Positions 56,518 through 64,000 of a stretch of DNA of 64,000 bases are shown piece by piece; within the stretch, counting starts at the first letter, position 1; each line of letters opens with the position of its first letter. The DNA comes from an uncultured Bacteroidales bacterium (lineage in GTDB: Bacteria; Bacteroidota; Bacteroidia; Bacteroidales; SZUA-534). Where the stretch lies: positions 127,672 through 191,671 of the forward strand of contig CADASL010000005.1 of NCBI GenBank assembly GCA_902790595.1. The letters run 5' to 3'. The notes under the pieces are model-generated. The model searched no databases, had not been told where the DNA came from, and was given only the letters and a program-made list of their open reading frames with translations. Made by a program: the position numbers and the translations under genes.

Positions 56518-57327
56518 TTATTCGAGAGTTACAATGAAGCTGCCGCTAAAATCGGTCAGTTTCTTATTGAAATGTTCGGCCTTTTCGCGCGTCTCAAACG
56601 GACCGGCAATGATTCGGTAAACCTTAACACCGTCCTTATCGCCGATTTGAATCATTATATCTTTGTTAATCAGCGATTTGATTTCAGCGCAACGCTTAAC
56701 CAGATTAGCGGCCTCCTGGAACGATGCCAGCTGCACACCAAACCCTTTCGGATGAATGGGTGTCGATTCTATCTTGAAATACTCGTTGGCAGGAGCCGCC
56801 ACCTCAGTAACCTGAGTCTGACGCACCGGTGCCGATTCGGCCTCCGCAGCCGGCTTTTCGACAGCCGGTTCCGCTGCTACCGGCGGCTCTGCGGCAGGCT
56901 GTTGTTTACCAGGCCAGGCCGGCGACGAGCTGCGCTTCACTTCTGTTGCCGTTGCGGCATTCGATTCCGGCAGAGTCAAAACCTCAACTTTAACGCTGGC
57001 AGTGCCTTTTCCGATGAATTTCAGTTTTTCGGCGGCAGCCTTCGACAAGTCGATGATGCGCTTCTCGACAAACGGGCCGCGGTCGTTGATGGTGACATCG
57101 ACCGACAGATTGTTGTCGAGATTGGTGACGCGGACCACCGTGCCAAACGGCAGAGTGCGGTGGGCGGCGGTCATCTTCTTCTGGCTGAAAGTCTCGCCGC
57201 TGGCGGTCATCCGGCCGTCGAACTTATCGGCGTAGAACGATGCCAGTCCAACTTCAGTTATCTGTGCCGAAACGGAGCCTGCCAACGCAAGCAACAAAGT
57301 GGCCAATGCCAGTTTAACTCTTTTCAT
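56518..57327 (-). CDS. rlpA: Septal ring lytic transglycosylase RlpA family (DPBB + SPOR)
   Basis: GLASFY...TASGE...TAAHRTLPFGT...INDRGPF...RIIDLS; C-terminal SPOR-like domain. Confidence 0.9.
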   Translation of the reverse strand: MKRVKLALATLLLALAGSVSAQITEVGLASFYADKFDGRMTASGETFSQKKMTAAHRTLPFGTVVRVTNLDNNLSVDVTINDRGPFVEKRIIDLSKAAAEKLKFIGKGTASVKVEVLTLPESNAATATEVKRSSSPAWPGKQQPAAEPPVAAEPAVEKPAAEAESAPVRQTQVTEVAAPANEYFKIESTPIHPKGFGVQLASFQEAANLVKRCAEIKSLINKDIMIQIGDKDGVKVYRIIAGPFETREKAEHFNKKLTDFSGSFIVTLE

Positions 57328-57359
57328 AATCTTCTGAATATCTTTTAAATAATTATTGT

Positions 57360-58310
57360 TTACGAATTAGCGGTTTGCGGCAGTGCGGCGCGATTATTCT
57401 CGTGCGCCGCCTGAATACTCAAGTTCAGCTCGAAGCCCAAAAGCAGAATATTGGAATTAATGTTAAGCCAGACGAGTATCGCGATAAGCGTGCCTATTGA
57501 ACCGTATAACGCATTGTAATTGCTAAAGTTAGCTAAATAATAACCGAATCCTGCCGAAGTGGCCAGCAAAAGCATCGTGGCCATCACCGAGCCTGTCGAA
57601 ATAAAGCCCATATGAGTGCGTTTGGCAGGTGCGAAATAATAAATCACCGACACGCTTACTATGCAGAGCGACAATATTATAAGCCACTGAACCACATAGA
57701 ACATCACGGTTGAGAAGGTGCCGAAAAGTATGCGTTTGGCGATGAGATAGGCCAAAATTGTGCGGCCGAAAATGAGCAACGCAATGGCGGTGGCCAAAAG
57801 CACGGTTATGAGCCCAACCATAATGAGCGACGACACCCGCAGATTGACAAACGAACGCGTTTCGTGAACGTTGATTGATGAGTTGAAAGCGCGGATGACG
57901 GCCGTCACACCATTCGACACAATGATAATGGTGGTGATGCAACCTATTGACAGCAAACCACTTCGCGGATACATCACAATATCGGCAAGTGTTTCCTCAA
58001 TGGTCTCGAACGTGTCGGACGGAATGAGCTGCTCGAGCAAATCCATCAGCTCGGTTTGGAAATTGGGAATCGGAATGTAAGGGATAAGCGTTGACAGGAA
58101 CAGCAGGCCCGGGAACACCGCCAAGAAGAAATTGAAAGCAATGGAAGCCGCCCGGATGCCCAATGTGCCGTTCGACATTCCTTTGACGAAAAACGAGCCC
58201 ACCTCGAAAATCGACAGACGGCCGAAACCAGGTACGGTATGGCGTTTGGTCCATTCGAGAACGACATTGAGCCGCGCCTTCCAATTATCAATTATCTTCT
58301 TAAACTTCAT
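57360..58310 (-). CDS. YihY/BrkB family membrane protein
   Basis: AASIAFNFFLAVFP; YNALYGSIG..I..L.W...ILLLG.ELN. Confidence 0.9.
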   Translation of the reverse strand: MKFKKIIDNWKARLNVVLEWTKRHTVPGFGRLSIFEVGSFFVKGMSNGTLGIRAASIAFNFFLAVFPGLLFLSTLIPYIPIPNFQTELMDLLEQLIPSDTFETIEETLADIVMYPRSGLLSIGCITTIIIVSNGVTAVIRAFNSSINVHETRSFVNLRVSSLIMVGLITVLLATAIALLIFGRTILAYLIAKRILFGTFSTVMFYVVQWLIILSLCIVSVSVIYYFAPAKRTHMGFISTGSVMATMLLLATSAGFGYYLANFSNYNALYGSIGTLIAILVWLNINSNILLLGFELNLSIQAAHENNRAALPQTANS

Positions 58311-59158
58311 TATTTTATAGCTTTCAAACTCAAATCGAGACTACGAATTTGGTGAGTAAGCGCGCCAACCGAAATAAAATCGACTCCGGTTGCAGCATAA
58401 TCGCGCAGGTTAGCATCGGTGATGCCGCCCGAAGCCTCGGTTTCGTATTTACCGCCAATCATCTCAACGGCCTTCTTGGTGTCGGCAATCGAGAAGTTGT
58501 CTATCATAATGCGGTCGATGCCGCCGATTTCCATAATCTGCCTGATTTCGTCGAACGAGCGGGCCTCAACCTCAATCTTCAGGTTTTTGCCCTTGGCTTT
58601 CAGGTAGTCTTTGGCCCGGTTGATGGCCTGCGGAATGCCTCCGGCATAGTCGATGTGGTTGTCTTTGATGAGAATCATATCGTAGAGACCGATGCGGTGG
58701 TTCTGTCCGCCGCCCATCACAACAGCCATTTTCTCGAAGACGCGCATTCCCGGAGTGGTTTTGCGGGTGTCGAGAATTTTGGTGTGAAGGCCTTTCACAA
58801 GCTCAACGTAATGGCTTGTCTGAGTGGCGATTCCGCTCATACGCTGCATAAAGTTGAGCACAAGACGCTCGGTTTGCAGGATTGAGAGTTCGCGTCCTTC
58901 GACGATGAATGCCACATCACCCTTCTTCACGGGTGTGCCATCGGTGATGAAAGTGGTCATTTTCAAATCTTTGTCGAATGTTTCGAAAACCATTCGCGCA
59001 ACCTCAACGCCAGCCAAAATACCGTCTTGTTTTACAAGCAATTGCGCTTTTCCAATCTGCTCGGGCGGAATGCAGCTGAGTGATGTGTGGTCGCCGTCGC
59101 CAACATCCTCACGAATGGCGCGTGCGATAAAGTCTTTTATGTACTCCTGATTATCCAT
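58310..59158 (-). CDS. nadC: Nicotinate-nucleotide diphosphorylase (carboxylating)
   Basis: EDVGDGDHT, DTRKTTPG, LIKDNH, EASGGI, ISVGALTH. Confidence 0.97.
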   Translation of the reverse strand: MDNQEYIKDFIARAIREDVGDGDHTSLSCIPPEQIGKAQLLVKQDGILAGVEVARMVFETFDKDLKMTTFITDGTPVKKGDVAFIVEGRELSILQTERLVLNFMQRMSGIATQTSHYVELVKGLHTKILDTRKTTPGMRVFEKMAVVMGGGQNHRIGLYDMILIKDNHIDYAGGIPQAINRAKDYLKAKGKNLKIEVEARSFDEIRQIMEIGGIDRIMIDNFSIADTKKAVEMIGGKYETEASGGITDANLRDYAATGVDFISVGALTHQIRSLDLSLKAIK

Positions 59159-59159
59159 T

Positions 59160-59594
59160 TTATTCTATAGTGAATTGATATACAAACTGTTGATTCGACT
59201 GCTGACGTGTCAGAAAACTGACACGGAAACGTTGTTCGCCGCTGTTGAGCGTTCCGCTGACAAAGAAACCATCCTGTCCCTCGTTCTGCGCCAGAACGGT
59301 GAACTGCGTGGGATTGTTTTGCGCAAAGAACTGTCGCAGAATCATTCTTGCCTGATTGCGGCTGCTAACAAGCGAGTAGTCGGGCAGTGACAGCTCGACG
59401 CGCTGATTGAAAAAGGTGGCCAACGAGTCGGCATTGCCCACGGCAATCATATTGGTGATGCCGCACACAACCGAATCGACCACAATCTCCTGCGCATAAG
59501 TTGTTGTGCCGCAAAGCGATGTGGCGGCCACAACCAACGCGGCAGCAATTGCCTTTCGTGCCGAAACAAATCTCCGATTCATTTTTATTGACAT
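59160..59594 (-). CDS. DUF4783-like secreted protein
   Basis: Signal peptide; GNAD.LA..F...VEL...QA..IL..FF; start uncertain. Confidence 0.7.
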   Translation of the reverse strand: MSIKMNRRFVSARKAIAAALVVAATSLCGTTTYAQEIVVDSVVCGITNMIAVGNADSLATFFNQRVELSLPDYSLVSSRNQARMILRQFFAQNNPTQFTVLAQNEGQDGFFVSGTLNSGEQRFRVSFLTRQQSNQQFVYQFTIE

Positions 59595-59721
59595 TGGTGC
59601 AAATGTAATCATTAATTGAATGATTGAAACTGAATGCGCGAAGGCAAGTTGAATTGTTTTGGTTTGCTTTTGAATGGCACAAAGTTTGCCTTAAATTTGG
59701 AACGGAAATATTCGTAACAAT

Positions 59722-60195
59722 ATGAAAACCATTCTCTACGCCATCGGCAAGACCGACGATGAATATCTGAACACCGGCATCAGCAAATATTGCCAGCGGA
59801 TTGTGCGGTACACGCCGTTTGAGTTCACTGCCCTGCCCGACATCCGCAACTCGAAAAATATGAGCGAGGCGGTGCAGCGCGGCAAGGAAGGCGAGCTGAT
59901 TCTGAAGCAGTTGGAACAAGGCGACTACGTGGTGCTGCTCGATGAGCGCGGCCGCGAGCTGACATCGGTTGGTATGGCCGAATGGATGGGCGGTGTGTTT
60001 GCGCAAGGCCACAAGCGGCTGGTTTTTGTGATTGGCGGCCCCTACGGATTCTCGGAAGATGTGTACTCTCGTGCAAACGCAAAAATTTCGCTATCAAAAC
60101 TCACTTTTCCGCACCAATTGGTTCGATTATTGTTTGTTGAACAATTGTACCGATGCCATACAATACTGAAAGGCGAACCGTACCACCATATTTAA
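59722..60195 (+). CDS. rlmH: 23S rRNA m3Psi1915 methyltransferase
   Basis: LDERG, FVIGGPYG, LS.LTFPHQLVR...EQLYR...GEPYHH. Confidence 0.96.
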   Translation: MKTILYAIGKTDDEYLNTGISKYCQRIVRYTPFEFTALPDIRNSKNMSEAVQRGKEGELILKQLEQGDYVVLLDERGRELTSVGMAEWMGGVFAQGHKRLVFVIGGPYGFSEDVYSRANAKISLSKLTFPHQLVRLLFVEQLYRCHTILKGEPYHHI

Positions 60196-60365
60196 ACGAT
60201 AACTATAAACGATAACACTGACGCTACAGAAAGAATAAAGAGTAATGATTAATGAGTAAAGTGTAAAGATTGAACTTGTTCAACCTGTTAAACATTAAAC
60301 TCTAAACACTTACCTCTAAAACTTTAACTTAAAACTTCGAAAACTTATAACTCCTAAACCTCAAA

Positions 60366-63300
60366 ATGCACTTCCTTGCCCGCCACCGGTTACTCATCTA
60401 CGCAATAATCTGCTTTGTGGTGGGTTTGAAAATTCTGAACACCGACCGCAGCGCAAAGATAATTGAGCCCGAGCGGCAGAAATTCATACAAAGTCTGCAC
60501 GAGAAGGACCTTTTGGCCGAACAGCTTGCCGACACGCTTTTTGAATACGCGCAAAGCGACCGCCTGCCGGAATTCGCCAACAGCGCCGAGCACAAGCCCG
60601 ACCGATTATTCGACCGCTACGGTATTATATTATATGTGTACTCTGGGCGGAATCTCGTCTATTGGACCAACAACTCCATAGCCATTCCCGAGGGCACGCT
60701 CTGGTACAAAACGCCATTTGTGAACACCGGCAACGCCTGCGTGATTCCGCACTACAAAACCAACAAACGGCAGACGGTGGTGAGCGCCATTGTGGTGAAA
60801 ATGGACTTCACCTACGAGAACGAGTTCCTGAAAAACGAGCTGCACCCGTCGTTCGACATCACAAGCAGCCTGAGCCTCACAACCGACGACAAGACATCGG
60901 AGAACGCCATCTACAGTTCCGACGGCAACTATCTGTTCTCGTTCAACTTCGACAACGTTGACAACATTGAGCAACGGCGCAGCGTGGCATTCCCACTGCT
61001 GATGCTGGCTCTGGTGCTGCTGATGCTCTACGCCCAGAAAGGTATCAGAAAGAACCGGCTGAGCAATCGCAAATTCTTCATAATCACCTTTGTGGCCATT
61101 ACGGTACGCATCGGAATACAGATTTTTTTCCCGCAGGAGCTCTACACGCATTTATCCATATTCTCGCCGCAGCACTTTGCCGCGTCGGTGGTTTTCCCGT
61201 CGCTTGGCGATATGCTGATAAGCGTTGTGATGCTGGTTTACCTGATTTTCGTCTATTCGTTCAAGGTGCACCTTCAACGGCTCGACCGCTTCAGCCCTTT
61301 CCGCCGCATTCTTCTGTCGGCAATTTGGGTGGTGGTGCTGATGGTCTATTACGCCTTCCTCACCTACACGCTCAACGTGCTGATTCACGACTCCAGCTTC
61401 CCATTCGGCATTTATGAGATTACCAACCTCGACATCTACGGATTGTTAGGCTATCTGATTTTGGTTCTGGCACTTGTGGGATTTCTGCTTTTGCTCGACA
61501 AGGCCATCATCCAGCTGCTGAAAACGTTCAGTTTCTGGTGGGCTACGCTCATTATTGTGCCAATCACGGCAGCAGCATCGGCACTGCTGCTGTTCCACTT
61601 TCCAAGTGCGCCTTACGTGCAAATGTGCCTTTCTTTCTTGATACTCACCGAGTTATGGCTATTCCTACGTTCAGTCAACCGCGTCAACTACGCATCAACG
61701 GTGGCTGTTATCGGCCTGATGGCATGGTATATGACCATCTTCACCCTCATTGAGACCGAAAGGCGCCAGACCGAGGAGAGCGAGATGATGTGCGTGAACC
61801 TCTCGCAGATGCAGGACCCGGCCGCCGAGGTGGTGATTGCCGACATTATTGATGACATAAAAGCCGACGGGCAGATAATCGATATTCTGTCGGGGGTGAG
61901 CTACGACTACGACTATTTGTGCCGATACATTCAGAATAAATATTTTAACGGTTACCTGAGCCGCTACAACTTCAGCCTCGACGTCTGCACATCGCACGAC
62001 GAGCTTAGCTTCGGCTCCGACCCAAACCAGCAGAACTGCCATCAGTATTACAACCGATACCTGCGCCGCTACGGCTCGCAGACAAAGGTTGCCGGGCTTT
62101 TCAGCATCAAAAACGCGGCTGAGGAAACAAGCTACCTTATCCGCCTCACCGTGCCAAAACTCTCCGGCGCCTCAACAACGCTGTTTTTCAGCCTCTCGCC
62201 CAAAACCAACTACGAGGTGCTGGGCTACCCCGAGCTGCTGCTCGAAAAGCCGCTCCGCACCGACCGCTACAAACAGCACATCAACTACGCAAAATACCAG
62301 AACGGCAGGCTTACGGCTCACTCGGGCACCTTCCCCTACGCTTTCGATAATCAGGTGTACGGCCATAACAACGGCGAGTTCAGCCACTTCAGAATGGAGC
62401 GCTACGACCACGTGATGTTCAACTCGGGCGACATCAGCGTCATTGTCAGCACGCCGGCAATCACCGCCTTCAACATTCTGATTTCGTACACCTATATGTT
62501 CATTTTCTTCCTGATAATCACCACATTGCTTCTGGCGCTCGGCAACCCGTACACCAAAATGTTCGACATCAGGTTCACAATCCAGAACAAGGTGCTGTTT
62601 TCAATTCTGTCGATTCTGATTCTCTCAACCATCTCGGTGGCGGGCGGCGTGGTTTACTACACCATCGACCACTACAAACGGTCGCAGAACGAGATTATGT
62701 CGAGCAAGGTGCAGTCGGCGCTGATGGAGATTGAGCAGCGCTACAGCAGCATCAACGATATCAAGAAGATACCCGCCGACGAGCTGAACTCGCTGATGGC
62801 GTCGATATCGAACACTCTGCTCACCGACATCAACCTCTACGACCAGACGGGCAACCTGATTGCAACATCGCGCCGTGAGCTATACTCGCGCAAGCTGACC
62901 AGCGAAAAGATGAACGCCACAGCCTTCCGCGAGCTGGAGATGAACAAAAAATCGCGTTTCCTGCAAAAGGAAAACATCGGGCGGATGAGCTACTACTCGG
63001 CCTACGTGCCGTTCATCAACTCGCGCAACAAGCCGCTGGCCTACATCAACCTGCCGTATTTTATCAAGCAAACACCTCTGCGACAAGAGCTTACGAGCGT
63101 TTCTGTGGCCGTAATCAACATCTATGTGGTGCTGGTGGTGCTGAGCGTGATAATCGCCATCTACCTGTCGAAGCGCATCACAAAACCAATTGTCGATGTT
63201 CAGGAGCGAATCCGCAGCATCGACCTTGGCAAGAGCAACCAACGCGTTGAGTATAAGGGCGATGACGAGATTGCCGAGCTTGTGAACGAGTACAACCTGA

Positions 63301-64000
63301 TGCTTGAGGAGCTGAGCATCAGCGCCACGAGGATTGCCAAATCGGAACGCGAGAGCGCCTGGCGCGAGATGGCCCGGCAGGTGGCGCACGAAATCAAGAA
63401 CCCGCTCACGCCGATGAAGCTGAGCGTTCAGCTGTTGGAGCGCTCGCAGCGCAACGGCGACCCAGATTTCAACGAGCGGTTCGAGAACACGGCTCGCACG
63501 CTCATCGAGCAAATCGACAGCCTGTCGTCGATAGCGTCGGAATTCTCGCAGTTTGCACGTATGCCCGAGGGCCGCATTGAGCTGGTGAACCTCAACGAGC
63601 GCATCAACCAGAGCGTGGAGCTGTTCCGCGACACAACTACCACAAAAATCAATTTCTCGGAGCCGGCCGGCCGCACTGTTACCATTATGGCCGACAACGA
63701 ACGGATGCTGCAGGTGTTCAACAACTTGATTAAGAACGCCATACAAGCCATTCCGAAGAAACGCAAGGGCCACATCGACATATCGCTGCGCTGCTTCAAA
63801 GGCCGCGCCGTGGTTGAGGTATGCGACAACGGCACCGGCATCTCGCCCGAAACCGAGAAGAAGCTGTTCCAGCCCAACTTCACCACCAAAACTAGCGGAA
63901 CCGGCCTTGGCCTGGCCATTGTGAAAAACATTGTGGAGGACGCCGGCGGCGCCATCTGGTTCTACTCGAAAGAGGGCAAAGGCACGTCGTTCTTTGTGTC
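60366..64000 (+). CDS. Large multi-TM HAMP sensor histidine kinase (NtrY-like; runs off window end)
   Basis: ATG 60366 is in frame with the H-box AWREMARQVAHEIKNPLTP (His codon 63387), N-box QVFNNLIKNA, DNGTG and GTGLGL. Absent from the ORF track, consistent with no stop in the window. Confidence 0.92.
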   Translation, partial: MHFLARHRLLIYAIICFVVGLKILNTDRSAKIIEPERQKFIQSLHEKDLLAEQLADTLFEYAQSDRLPEFANSAEHKPDRLFDRYGIILYVYSGRNLVYWTNNSIAIPEGTLWYKTPFVNTGNACVIPHYKTNKRQTVVSAIVVKMDFTYENEFLKNELHPSFDITSSLSLTTDDKTSENAIYSSDGNYLFSFNFDNVDNIEQRRSVAFPLLMLALVLLMLYAQKGIRKNRLSNRKFFIITFVAITVRIGIQIFFPQELYTHLSIFSPQHFAASVVFPSLGDMLISVVMLVYLIFVYSFKVHLQRLDRFSPFRRILLSAIWVVVLMVYYAFLTYTLNVLIHDSSFPFGIYEITNLDIYGLLGYLILVLALVGFLLLLDKAIIQLLKTFSFWWATLIIVPITAAASALLLFHFPSAPYVQMCLSFLILTELWLFLRSVNRVNYASTVAVIGLMAWYMTIFTLIETERRQTEESEMMCVNLSQMQDPAAEVVIADIIDDIKADGQIIDILSGVSYDYDYLCRYIQNKYFNGYLSRYNFSLDVCTSHDELSFGSDPNQQNCHQYYNRYLRRYGSQTKVAGLFSIKNAAEETSYLIRLTVPKLSGASTTLFFSLSPKTNYEVLGYPELLLEKPLRTDRYKQHINYAKYQNGRLTAHSGTFPYAFDNQVYGHNNGEFSHFRMERYDHVMFNSGDISVIVSTPAITAFNILISYTYMFIFFLIITTLLLALGNPYTKMFDIRFTIQNKVLFSILSILILSTISVAGGVVYYTIDHYKRSQNEIMSSKVQSALMEIEQRYSSINDIKKIPADELNSLMASISNTLLTDINLYDQTGNLIATSRRELYSRKLTSEKMNATAFRELEMNKKSRFLQKENIGRMSYYSAYVPFINSRNKPLAYINLPYFIKQTPLRQELTSVSVAVINIYVVLVVLSVIIAIYLSKRITKPIVDVQERIRSIDLGKSNQRVEYKGDDEIAELVNEYNLMLEELSISATRIAKSERESAWREMARQVAHEIKNPLTPMKLSVQLLERSQRNGDPDFNERFENTARTLIEQIDSLSSIASEFSQFARMPEGRIELVNLNERINQSVELFRDTTTTKINFSEPAGRTVTIMADNERMLQVFNNLIKNAIQAIPKKRKGHIDISLRCFKGRAVVEVCDNGTGISPETEKKLFQPNFTTKTSGTGLGLAIVKNIVEDAGGAIWFYSKEGKGTSFFV

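Overview
Chromosomal window from a Bacteroidota (Bacteroidales-like) bacterium. The assignment rests on TTTG-N19-21-TAnnTTTG promoters, T9SS C-terminal sorting domains, an rpsF-rpsR-rplI operon without ssb, and mostly SD-less A-rich leaders. The backbone is housekeeping: anmK (partial), M23 peptidase, rpsF/rpsR/rplI, ECF sigma, hpt, adk, DPP-III, pdxK, folD, ffh, tRNA-Val, tRNA-Arg, nadK, rlpA, nadC, rlmH and a large sensor kinase running off the right end. Several AT-rich accessory patches interrupt it. (1) A repeat-delimited cassette-like array follows rplI, in which divergent paralogous membrane-protein genes sit between near-identical terminator/promoter/hairpin units. (2) A 5005-aa T9SS surface protein has a C-terminal secretion module whose composition differs from its passenger. 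(3) An insertion sits between two synonymous copies of the DPP-III 3' end, next to an ATPase remnant, a palindrome array and a lone RNA ligase. (4) A REP-like palindrome cluster, an orphan T9SS tail and a BspA LRR gene with a ~390-nt leader that looks like an antiterminator/terminator switch lie upstream of ffh. Strong SD motifs were seen only before rpsR, rplI and the ECF sigma gene among the leaders read. No integrase, transposase or CRISPR array was found. All product calls come from motif recognition by eye, not from database searches.
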